This document shows, piece by piece, positions 19,681 through 28,280 of a stretch of 32,000 nt of DNA. The notes under the pieces are model-generated. The model saw only the letters and a program-made list of their open reading frames with translations, made no database searches and was not told the origin of the DNA. This stretch comes from Candidatus Portiera aleyrodidarum (GTDB lineage Bacteria; Pseudomonadota; Gammaproteobacteria; Johnevansiales; Johnevansiaceae), in contig NZ_LN649236.1 in assembly GCF_000953395.1 (NCBI RefSeq), forward strand, positions 180,001 to 212,000. Reading direction: 5' to 3'. Position numbers and translations under genes: made by a program. Position 1 is the first letter of the stretch. Every line of letters starts with the position of its first letter.

Positions 19681-21078
19681 ATGGAGATTAATTATATGTT
19701 AAAACTTTTCACACCAAATATAAATCCAATAGTACCTTTAGTATGGATAAGTTGTAGTATAGTAGCTTTAGTAGGTATTTTATTTGGTATGGATATAGGG
19801 GTAATTTCTGGTGTATTACCTTTTATAACAAAAGAATTTCATTTATCTACTAATATGGCTGGATGGATAGTAGGTTCCATGATGGGAGGAGCATCTATAG
19901 GTGCTTTAGCTAATGGTATTATTTCAAAACATGTAGGTAGAAAAAAATCATTATTACTTAGTTCAATATTATTTTTAATTGGGGCTGTAATAGCTATATT
20001 TTCCAAATATACTATAATTTTAATAATGGCTCGTATAATACTTGGATTAGCTGTCGGCTCGGCATCTTTTACAGCACCATTATTTTTAGCTGAACTTACT
20101 CCCAAAAGTATTAGAGGAATGACAATATCTTTATATCAATTGATGGTTAATATAGGCATACTAATAGCTTTTTTATCAAACCTTATTTTTAGTTATTTTC
20201 AAAGTTGGAGAAGTATGTTTGGAATATTAATTGTTCCTTCAATAAGTTTATTTTGTGGCATATTAATAATTCCTGATAGTCCTCGATGGTTAGCTTCTAC
20301 AAATAAAACCAATGAAGCAATCAAAATATTAAAAAAATTAAGATATTCTAATTTGGAAGTTAATACAGAAATAAAAGAAATTGTTAATAGTATTAAATAT
20401 AAAAATAATTTTTTTGGATGGCATTTATTTAAACAAAATATTAATTTTCGTAGATCGGTCATGTTAGGAATTATTTTACAACTTATACAACAATTTACAG
20501 GTATGAATGTTATGATGTATTTTTCTCCTAAAATTTTTGAAGTTTCTGGGATAATCGAAACTAACAATCAATTCTTAAGTACTTGCATTATAGGTTTATT
20601 AAATGTATTAGCAACAATAATAGCTATGATATCAGTAGATAAACTTGGTAGAAAACCTATGTTATATATAGGTTTCACTATTATGGCAATAGGAATGTCA
20701 ATATTAAGTATAGGTACATTACAATTTATCCAATGGTTATCTATAATTTCATTATTAATCTTTGTTGCTGGTTTTGCTATGGCAGCTGGCCCTATAATTT
20801 GGATTATATGTGCGGAAATACAACCTTTATATGGACGAGATTTTGGAATTAGTTGTTCAACCATCGCTAATTGGTTAGCTAATATGTTATTTGGAACTTT
20901 CTTTTTAACTATACTTAGTAACTTAGGTGGACCAAGAACTTTTATTTTATTAGCTTTAGCTAATATATCTTTTATCATATTTACAATATTTGTAATTCCG
21001 GAAACAAAAGGCATTTCCTTAGAACAAATAGAAAAAAATTTAATGAATGGAAAATCGTTACGTAATTTAGGAAAATAA
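19681..21078 (+). CDS. MFS sugar porter (GalP/XylE/AraE-like sugar:H+ symporter)
   Basis: The hydrophobic pattern suggests about 12 TM segments. Sugar-porter signatures are GRKKSLLLSS, PDSPRWL and PETKGISLEQIE. The substrate cannot be assigned from sequence alone. Confidence 0.85.
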   Translation: MEINYMLKLFTPNINPIVPLVWISCSIVALVGILFGMDIGVISGVLPFITKEFHLSTNMAGWIVGSMMGGASIGALANGIISKHVGRKKSLLLSSILFLIGAVIAIFSKYTIILIMARIILGLAVGSASFTAPLFLAELTPKSIRGMTISLYQLMVNIGILIAFLSNLIFSYFQSWRSMFGILIVPSISLFCGILIIPDSPRWLASTNKTNEAIKILKKLRYSNLEVNTEIKEIVNSIKYKNNFFGWHLFKQNINFRRSVMLGIILQLIQQFTGMNVMMYFSPKIFEVSGIIETNNQFLSTCIIGLLNVLATIIAMISVDKLGRKPMLYIGFTIMAIGMSILSIGTLQFIQWLSIISLLIFVAGFAMAAGPIIWIICAEIQPLYGRDFGISCSTIANWLANMLFGTFFLTILSNLGGPRTFILLALANISFIIFTIFVIPETKGISLEQIEKNLMNGKSLRNLGK

Positions 21079-21079
21079 C

Positions 21080-21913
21080 TTATGTTATTAATTCATTTAA
21101 AATATTTAAAGTAGGTTCTATTTTATTTAATGTATAAAAATGTAAACCAGGAGCTCCACCTTTAATCAAAATTTCACATAATTTTATAACAATTTCTTTA
21201 CCAATAATTTCGATTTCATTTTTATTTTTACAAGCTTCTAATTGTTTATATATCCATTTCGGAATATTAGCACCACATTTGTTTGAAAAATTGATTAATT
21301 TTTGTAAATTTATTATAGGCATAATACCTGGAATTATAGGCTGGTCAACACCATATTTACTAACTTTCTCTAAAAAATAAAAATATGCATCTGGATCATA
21401 AAAATATTGTGTAATGGCCTTGTGGGCTCCCAAACAAAATTTTTTAATAATAAAAAAAACTTCTTTTTCAAAATTTATAGTATTAGGATGCATTTCTGGA
21501 TAGGCTGATACTATTATTTCAAAATTTTTATAAAAATTTTTATTTATTAATTTTATAAGATCTAGTGAATTAATAAAATGATTTTTTTTATAAGTTTTAT
21601 TAATATCGCCTCTAAGTGCTAAAATTTTTTTTATGCCTACTTTCTTATAAATATTTATAAGTTTTATTATTTCAGGTTTATTATTGGATATACAAGATAA
21701 ATGTGGTACACATTCTATATTGTTTTGTTTTATCATTTTTATAACATCTAAAGTATTTTTTTTATTTGATCCTCCCGCTCCAAAAGTAATTGAACAAAAC
21801 GTTATATTTATTTTTTTATATAACATTTTTATTAAACTTATTAATTCTTTGATTTTATCATTTTCGTTAGGTGGAAAAACTTCGACACTAATTTCTAATT
21901 CATTATTATTCAT
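21080..21913 (-). CDS. metF: 5,10-methylenetetrahydrofolate reductase
   Basis: 277 aa. SVEVFPPN, FCSITFGAGGS and PHLSCI match MetF SFEFFPP, VSVTYGA and HLTC. Confidence 0.88.
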   Translation of the reverse strand: MNNNELEISVEVFPPNENDKIKELISLIKMLYKKINITFCSITFGAGGSNKKNTLDVIKMIKQNNIECVPHLSCISNNKPEIIKLINIYKKVGIKKILALRGDINKTYKKNHFINSLDLIKLINKNFYKNFEIIVSAYPEMHPNTINFEKEVFFIIKKFCLGAHKAITQYFYDPDAYFYFLEKVSKYGVDQPIIPGIMPIINLQKLINFSNKCGANIPKWIYKQLEACKNKNEIEIIGKEIVIKLCEILIKGGAPGLHFYTLNKIEPTLNILNELIT

Positions 21914-22097
21914 CTTTTTCTTAAATTACATTATTTATTTTTTATAATTTTCAATTAATAATATACTTATATTGTATTTAATTTTTCTTTATTTTAAAAT
22001 TTATTTTATTTTTTAAATTTTAGTAAAGGAGTATTGATCTGCATCTGGATTTAAATATTTGAAACTTAATAAAATTAACATTTAATATGACAAAAAA

Positions 22098-23405
22098 ATG
22101 AAAATCATTCAATCTAAAAATTTAGCTTTAAATATAATCATAGGTTTATTTTTAGGAATAATTACTGGATTAATATTACATCAAAATAATATTATTAACT
22201 CCTGGGTTATATTACATTTTTTACAACCCTGCGGAGAAATATTTATTCGATTAATAAAAATGATAGTAATACCAATTATAATTTCTTCGTTAATCATTGG
22301 TATTTCTGGTATAGAGGATACAAAAAAGTTAAGTAGAATTGGTCTTAAAACTATTTTATATTTCGAAATTGTTACAACTTTAGCAATAATTGTAGGATTA
22401 ATAGCCGCTAATATATTTCAACCTGGTTATGGAATCAATATGTCTAAATTAAGTAATAATATTGATATATCACAATATAAAAATATTACTAATATTGCTC
22501 AAGGTGCTTCACATACAAATATAATAAATATTATAGTTAATTTAATACCCTCTAATATATTTAAATCTTTTGTCAAGGGAGATATATTATCTATTATATT
22601 TTTTTCTGTACTTTTTAGCTTAGGTTTATCAGGAATTCATATCAACAATAAACAAAATCTAATAACGATAATTAAAACTATATCGGAAACTATGTTTAAT
22701 ATAACAAATATTATTATGCGTTATTCACCTATCGGTGTTTATTCTTTAATATCTATTACTGTAGCAAATTTTGGTTTTTTATCATTAATACCCTTAATTA
22801 AATTAGTATTTTTAGTATATTTCACAATAATATTTTTTATATTTATAATCCTAGGCAGTATTGCTTGGTACTTTGGTTTTAATATAATAATATTATTACG
22901 TATTATTAAAAATGAATTATTATTAGCTTTTACTACTTCTAGTTCCGAAACCGTATTATTAAAATTAATGTCTAAAATGGAAAATTATGGGGCTCCAAAA
23001 AATATTTGTAATTTTGTAATTCCTACTGGATATTCATTTAATTTAGATGGTTCTACTTTATATCAAAGCATAGCAGCTTTGTTTATCGCACAACTTTATG
23101 GAATAAATTTAACTTTATTTACACAAATTACTTTAATATTAACTTTAATGATTACATCAAAAGGTATAGCAGGTATACCTGGGGTATCGTTTGTAGTTTT
23201 ACTAGCTACCTTAGGTAGTATAGGGATCCCTATCGAAGGAATAGCTTTTATAGCTGGTGTAGATAGAATATTAGATATGGCAAGAACTGTATTAAATGTT
23301 ATTGGTAATGCTCTAGCTGTACTAATAATTTCCAAATGGGAAAATCAATATGATACAAATAAAGGTTTACATTATTTTAAAAGTAAAAAATATAAGGTAC
23401 AATAA
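22098..23405 (+). CDS. Dicarboxylate/amino acid:cation symporter (DAACS family, GltP/DctA-like)
   Basis: Contains TTSSSETVL, VIPTGYSFNLDGSTLYQ and GVDRILDMARTVLNVIGNA, which are characteristic of the sodium:dicarboxylate symporter family. Confidence 0.88.
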   Translation: MKIIQSKNLALNIIIGLFLGIITGLILHQNNIINSWVILHFLQPCGEIFIRLIKMIVIPIIISSLIIGISGIEDTKKLSRIGLKTILYFEIVTTLAIIVGLIAANIFQPGYGINMSKLSNNIDISQYKNITNIAQGASHTNIINIIVNLIPSNIFKSFVKGDILSIIFFSVLFSLGLSGIHINNKQNLITIIKTISETMFNITNIIMRYSPIGVYSLISITVANFGFLSLIPLIKLVFLVYFTIIFFIFIILGSIAWYFGFNIIILLRIIKNELLLAFTTSSSETVLLKLMSKMENYGAPKNICNFVIPTGYSFNLDGSTLYQSIAALFIAQLYGINLTLFTQITLILTLMITSKGIAGIPGVSFVVLLATLGSIGIPIEGIAFIAGVDRILDMARTVLNVIGNALAVLIISKWENQYDTNKGLHYFKSKKYKVQ

Positions 23406-23830
23406 TGAAAATATTTTTAATCAATGGACCTAATTTAAATTTTTTAGGAAAAAGACAAACCAATATATATGGTTTTAATACTTTAAATGATATAGAAACA
23501 TTATTAATAAAGAAAGCAAGAAAATTACAAGTTAAATTAGAATGTTATCATTCTAATCATGAAGGATATATAATAGATATTATTCAACGTGCTTATAATA
23601 AATGCAATTCTATTATTATAAATGCTGGAGGTTATAGTCATACATCAATTTCTATATTAGATGCATTAAATATTTTTAAAGGAACAATAGTAGAGGTACA
23701 TATTTCTAATATATATAATCGTGAAAAGTTTCGTCATCAATCTTATATTTCTATAAGAGCTAATGCAGTAATATCAGGAATGGGGGTATATGGATATATT
23801 GAAGCATTAAATTATTTAATCCAAGGATAA
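23405..23830 (+). CDS. aroQ: 3-dehydroquinate dehydratase, type II
   Basis: Contains INGPNLNFLGKRQTNIYG, HSNHEG, INAGGYSHTSISILDA and VEVHISNIYNREKFRHQSY. A 1-nt TAATG overlap joins it to the upstream transporter. Confidence 0.93.
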   Translation: MKIFLINGPNLNFLGKRQTNIYGFNTLNDIETLLIKKARKLQVKLECYHSNHEGYIIDIIQRAYNKCNSIIINAGGYSHTSISILDALNIFKGTIVEVHISNIYNREKFRHQSYISIRANAVISGMGVYGYIEALNYLIQG

Positions 23831-24708
23831 TTAGTTGATTGTTTTAGTTTTTTTATAATATACATAGTAGCACTACGTGAACTATTATTATAAATAATTT
23901 CTTCTGTATTAGGATATACTTGATAGTTAAATAAATTATTTTTCTTCATATTGTTTTTTATTACTTTTTTTACTAAGTGTGATTCTAAAGAATTAAAGGT
24001 AATAATTATTAACTTTGTATTTATATTTAAAATTTTTAAAGATGAATTAATTAATACTTCTATATTTTGTAATTCATTATTGATATAAATACGTATAGAT
24101 TGAAAAACTTTGGTTGCTGGATGTTTATGTTTTTTAAATTTTATTATTTTTATCAAATTTGATAATTCTAAAGTCATTTTAAAAGGATATTTAATTCTAC
24201 GTTTACATATTTTTTTTGTAATTATATATGATTTTTTCTCTTCTCCATATATTTTAAAGATTTTAAATATTTCTTTTGTTTTATAATTATTCAAAAAATC
24301 AAAAGCTGTTATACCTAATTTATTATTTATTCTCATATCTAAAGGACCATTTATATAAAAACTAAAACCTCTTTTATAATCTTTTATTTGATTTTTAGAA
24401 ATTCCTAAATCTAAGATTATACCTGATACTTTTTTACAACATTTTTTAGCAATACGTTCTAAATAACAAAAATTAGTATTAATTAACTTAAACCTTTTAT
24501 CAAAAAATATTCCTAGTTTTTTTGCAAAAACCATGGTATTTAAATCATTATCTATTGCTATTAATTTACCTTTGTTAGATAATCTATGTAAAATGTTTTT
24601 ACTATGTCCACCCAACCCAAAAGTACAATCTATATATATACCATCTTTACTAGTTATTAATAAATCAATTGCTTTATTTATAAATAAACTTTTATGAATA
24701 TTTTTCAT
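23812..24708 (-). CDS. rsmH: 16S rRNA (cytosine1402-N4)-methyltransferase RsmH (MraW)
   Basis: Contains DCTFGLGGHS, LDLGISKNQI, RGFSF and HPATKVFQSIRIYINNEL. Confidence 0.9.
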   Translation of the reverse strand: MKNIHKSLFINKAIDLLITSKDGIYIDCTFGLGGHSKNILHRLSNKGKLIAIDNDLNTMVFAKKLGIFFDKRFKLINTNFCYLERIAKKCCKKVSGIILDLGISKNQIKDYKRGFSFYINGPLDMRINNKLGITAFDFLNNYKTKEIFKIFKIYGEEKKSYIITKKICKRRIKYPFKMTLELSNLIKIIKFKKHKHPATKVFQSIRIYINNELQNIEVLINSSLKILNINTKLIIITFNSLESHLVKKVIKNNMKKNNLFNYQVYPNTEEIIYNNSSRSATMYIIKKLKQSTNYPWIK

Positions 24709-24714
24709 TATTAT

Positions 24715-25051
24715 TAATATACAATAAGCCGGATCCTGTTATAAAGAACTTACAGTCATTTATCTAATATATATATTACTATATATATTTATGCAACCTA
24801 CCAGAATTTTTTTATAGAGCACTTTAAATTCTTATTTAGTTTTACTCAAAGTGGGGTTTACATAACGAAGTTTGTTTCCAACTACGTGGTATGCTTTTAC
24901 CAAACCTTTTCACCTTTATCTATACTAGATTGTATCTTTTCTTGTGTACTTTCCGTCAAAAATCTTTGCCCAGTTATTAACTGGCACTTTGCTCAATGAG
25001 TCCGGACTTTCCTCTTATAACTTGATTATAAGTGACTGCATAGTTATATTA
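24715..25051 (-). ncRNA. rnpB: RNase P RNA (bacterial type A, M1 RNA); ends approximate to about +/-10 nt
   Basis: The minus strand contains GAGGAAAGTCCGGACTC (CR-I), AAGGTGAAAAGGTTTGGTAAAAGCATACC (E. coli AAGGGTGAAAGGGTGCGGTAAGAGCGCACC) and ACAGGATCCGGCTTA (E. coli ACAGAACCCGGCTTA). A P1-like pairing joins TAATATAAC (5') with TGTATATTA (3'), and a P2-like pairing joins CAGTCA with TGACTG. Confidence 0.88.
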
Positions 25052-25420
25052 ACGTTTTGAAAATTGTGGTGATCGTCTTGCTTTTTTCAAACCAATTTTT
25101 TTTCTTTCAACTTCTCTTGAATCTCTCATTAAATAACCATTCATTCTTAATTTATAACGTAAATTATTATTATAAGCTAATAAAGCACGAGAAAGTCCAT
25201 GTCTTATTGCTTCAGCTTGTGCTTTATAACCTCCACCCTTTACAGTAATTTTTATATTAAATTTATTTATATTATTTGTTAATTCTAATGGTTGAATCAT
25301 GATTATATTATTCACATATTTGTTTAATGTATTGTTGTTTATTAGAATCTTACCATTACCTAATTTTATAAATACTCTTGCCACAGCTGTTTTTCTACGT
25401 CCTGTACCATAATAATACAT
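25049..25420 (-). CDS. rpsI: 30S ribosomal protein S9
   Basis: [14 protein letters not shown] at the N-terminus and [12 protein letters not shown] at the C-terminus. It lies downstream of rplM. Confidence 0.96.
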   Translation of the reverse strand: MYYYGTGRRKTAVARVFIKLGNGKILINNNTLNKYVNNIIMIQPLELTNNINKFNIKITVKGGGYKAQAEAIRHGLSRALLAYNNNLRYKLRMNGYLMRDSREVERKKIGLKKARRSPQFSKR

Positions 25421-25431
25421 ATTTTTATCCT

Positions 25432-25860
25432 TTAAATTAATAATTCTAAAGGTTTTTGAGCAATATGTGGATGTTGTTTTCCTTTATAGATTTTAAGTTT
25501 TTTACTAATCAATCTACCTAATGAAGTTTTTGGCAACATACCTTTAACTGCTTTTTTTATTATTTGTTCTGGATTGTTTTTCATCATATCTAATAATCTA
25601 ATTTTACGCAACCCACCAGGATATCCTGTATGATAATAATAATTTTTTTTGATCAATTTTTTGCCCGTTATTTTTATTTGAGCTGCATTAATAATAATAA
25701 TATTATCTCCTACATTTAAATAATTATTATAAATCACTTTATTCTTACCTAATAAAAAATAAACTATTTTAGTAGATAACCTTCCTAAAGTTTGTTTATA
25801 TGCATTTATTATATACCATTCTCTTTTTATATCCTTTTCCTTAACATTAAAAGTTTTCAT
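25432..25860 (-). CDS. rplM: 50S ribosomal protein L13
   Basis: 142 aa. Contains [27 protein letters not shown] and KGMLPK, in the conserved rplM-rpsI pair. Confidence 0.95.
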   Translation of the reverse strand: MKTFNVKEKDIKREWYIINAYKQTLGRLSTKIVYFLLGKNKVIYNNYLNVGDNIIIINAAQIKITGKKLIKKNYYYHTGYPGGLRKIRLLDMMKNNPEQIIKKAVKGMLPKTSLGRLISKKLKIYKGKQHPHIAQKPLELLI

Positions 25861-25872
25861 ATTATTACCTTT

Positions 25873-26499
25873 TTATATTATAGAAATTAATAATTCTATT
25901 AATGGATTTATATATTTATATTTTATAATCATTGATGTTTTATTTACAATTAATCTGGTACTAATATGTGTTATTAATGTTTTTGGTTCCATTCCATTTT
26001 CTTTTAATGTAGTCCCTGTATCAACTATATCTATTATTTCATCGGCTAAATTCATAAGTGGGGCTAATTCCATCGCGCCATATAATTTTATTATATCTGC
26101 TTTAATACCTTTACTTGCATAATATTTTTTTGCTATATTTACAAATTTCGTTGCTACTTTACGGTTTTTGTTTTTTACATGAAATCCAATTAAGCCTGCT
26201 GTCATTAATCTACATTTAGAAATTTTCAAATCTATCGGTTCATATAATCCTTTAGATCCATTTTCTAACAAAACATCTTTACCTACAATTCCCATATCGG
26301 CTGCACCTAATTTAACATAAGTAGGTACATCTATAGCTCTTAAAAAAATTAAATTTAAATATTTTTTTTTAGTATTAAATAATAATTTTCTAGTATTTTC
26401 TATAGAATCAATAGGTATTATACCAGCTTTTTTTAATAACGATAAACTTTTTAAAAGTATACGTCCTTTTGATAAAGCAATTACTAAAGGCACTATCAT
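25873..26499 (-). CDS. hisG: ATP phosphoribosyltransferase, short form (expected to need HisZ)
   Basis: 208 aa. Contains ALSKGRIL, RAIDVPTYVKLGAADMGIVGKDVL and DIVDTGTTLKENG. The length fits the short HisG class. Confidence 0.9.
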   Translation of the reverse strand: MIVPLVIALSKGRILLKSLSLLKKAGIIPIDSIENTRKLLFNTKKKYLNLIFLRAIDVPTYVKLGAADMGIVGKDVLLENGSKGLYEPIDLKISKCRLMTAGLIGFHVKNKNRKVATKFVNIAKKYYASKGIKADIIKLYGAMELAPLMNLADEIIDIVDTGTTLKENGMEPKTLITHISTRLIVNKTSMIIKYKYINPLIELLISII

Positions 26500-26574
26500 A
26501 TAATTTTATAACCATTTTATATTAAAGTTAATAATAATATATTATATAATATTATTATTTTAAGGAAAAGGTTC

Positions 26575-26844
26575 ATGAAAGTTAATATTAATAATTTATC
26601 TAAATTAAATCCAAATGATGTTAATTTAAACACTTTAAAAATAAATATAAATATACTATTAAAAAAATTATTTATTATTAATTTAATAAATATTAAACCT
26701 ATTACAAATCCATTAAATAATCATAATAATTTAATATTACGAAAAGATAAAATAAAACACACTAAAAACAAATCACAAAAACATTATATTTTATCTGCAT
26801 CGAACAAACATAATTATTTTATAAGAATTCCTAATATTTTATAA
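26575..26844 (+). CDS. gatC: Asp/Glu-tRNA amidotransferase subunit C
   Basis: 89-aa ORF directly upstream of gatA. It has the weak but typical GatC pattern (..L..L......L...LN.IL....I.P...PL....LRKD......NYFIRIP.IL). Confidence 0.7.
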   Translation: MKVNINNLSKLNPNDVNLNTLKININILLKKLFIINLINIKPITNPLNNHNNLILRKDKIKHTKNKSQKHYILSASNKHNYFIRIPNIL

Positions 26845-26851
26845 GATTGAT

Positions 26852-28279
26852 ATGACAATAATTGATATTATAAAAGGATTAAAAAATAAACATTTTTCTT
26901 GTTATGAATTAATAAACTTTTTATTAAATAAAATAAAAAAAAACAATACAAAATTAAATTGTTTTATAACTATTGAATATAAAAACGCTTTAAAAGAAGC
27001 AAAACAATGTGATTTTTTACGTAAATTTAATCAAAATACTTGCTTACATGGAATCCCTATAGCTTATAAAGATATATTTTGTACCAAAGGTATTAAAACA
27101 ACTTGTGGATCTAAAATGTTAAAAAATTTTATTCCAACGTATAATTCTAATATTATTGAAAAACTAAAACATTCAGGTCTTATAAATTTAGGTAAAACTA
27201 ATATGGATGAATTTGCAATGGGTTCTTTTAATGAAAATAGTTTTTTTGGAATAGTAAACAACCCTTGGAATTTAAACTTAGTATCAGGTGGATCTTCGGG
27301 AGGATCAGCTTCTGCTATATCTGCTGGATTAATACCAGCTTCTTTAGGTACAGATACAGGAGGATCTATAAGATTACCTTCTTCTTTTTGTGGTATTACT
27401 GGTTTAAAAACTAGTTATGGTTTTCTTTCAAGATATGGTATTATCTCATATTCATCTAGTTTAGATCAAGCTGGTCCAATGGCTCATACCGTAAAAGATT
27501 GTGCAATATTATTAAATCTAATTTCGGGTTATGATCCATTAGATTCTACAAACATAAACATAAAACATGATAATTATTTAAAATATATAAATCATTCTCT
27601 AAAAGGAAAAAAAATAGGATTACCAATAGAATACTTTAAAAATATAAATTCACAAGTTTCGTATATAATACAAGAAGCAATAAACGTTTATACAAACTTA
27701 GGTATAAGTTTTTTTGATATTAGTTTACCTTATATTGAATCAGCAATGTCCGCTTATTATATTATAGCCTCAGCTGAGGCAGCTTCTAATTTAGCAAAAT
27801 ATGATGGTATAAATTATGGTTACTATAAAATTAATCCTAAATCTTTAGAAGATTTATATATAACTACTCGTACTAAGGGATTTGGTAAAGAAGTAAAAAA
27901 TCGTATTTTAATAGGAACATATTTATTAAATAATTCTAAGTATTTTATAAAAGCAAAAAAAATTAGAAAAATAATTTATAATAATTTTATCAACAGTTTT
28001 AAAAAAGTGGATTGCATCATGATACCTACAACAAAGTTTATCGCTAATCAAATTAATACAAAAAAAAATCATTTTTTAAATATACAACAAGATATTTATA
28101 CAATCTCAGTTAATTTAGCCGGATTACCTGCTATAAATATCCCCATAGGCTTTATTAATAAATGTCCTATTGGTTTACAACTAATAACACCGCATTTTAC
28201 TGAAAAATTCTTATTAAATATCGCTCATTGTTACCAAAAAAATACAAATTGGCATTTAAATTATCCTAATCTTTTATAA
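26852..28279 (+). CDS. gatA: Asp/Glu-tRNA amidotransferase subunit A
   Basis: Contains the amidase signature GGSSGGSASAISAG, plus KDIFCTKGIKTTCGSKML and GTDTGGSIRLPSSFCG. Confidence 0.95.
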   Translation: MTIIDIIKGLKNKHFSCYELINFLLNKIKKNNTKLNCFITIEYKNALKEAKQCDFLRKFNQNTCLHGIPIAYKDIFCTKGIKTTCGSKMLKNFIPTYNSNIIEKLKHSGLINLGKTNMDEFAMGSFNENSFFGIVNNPWNLNLVSGGSSGGSASAISAGLIPASLGTDTGGSIRLPSSFCGITGLKTSYGFLSRYGIISYSSSLDQAGPMAHTVKDCAILLNLISGYDPLDSTNINIKHDNYLKYINHSLKGKKIGLPIEYFKNINSQVSYIIQEAINVYTNLGISFFDISLPYIESAMSAYYIIASAEAASNLAKYDGINYGYYKINPKSLEDLYITTRTKGFGKEVKNRILIGTYLLNNSKYFIKAKKIRKIIYNNFINSFKKVDCIMIPTTKFIANQINTKKNHFLNIQQDIYTISVNLAGLPAINIPIGFINKCPIGLQLITPHFTEKFLLNIAHCYQKNTNWHLNYPNLL

Positions 28280-28280
28280 G

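Noticed and set aside
19839-21014. Chain of long antisense ORFs (88, 122 and 148 aa) opposite the sugar porter. Similar antisense ORFs lie opposite mgtE (8867-9286), clpX (10797-11240), the DAACS transporter (23096-23335), aspS (6952-7203), cls, cysS, metF, gatA and rpsI.
   Set aside because: For the porter antisense ORFs, the frame I checked (the 20568-21014 ORF) is offset so that a stop needs a sense Tyr, His or Gln codon preceded by a T- or C-ending codon. Such codons are scarce in membrane-protein genes, so this frame stays open by composition alone. The products are low-complexity with no recognisable motifs. The sense-strand genes are strongly supported.
26530-26559. 11-bp perfect inverted repeat AATAATAATAT-N8-ATATTATTATT in the hisG/gatC divergent spacer
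   Set aside because: It is made only of A and T. In DNA that is effectively a two-letter alphabet, such palindromes are expected by chance many times per window. I cannot distinguish it from background without conservation data.
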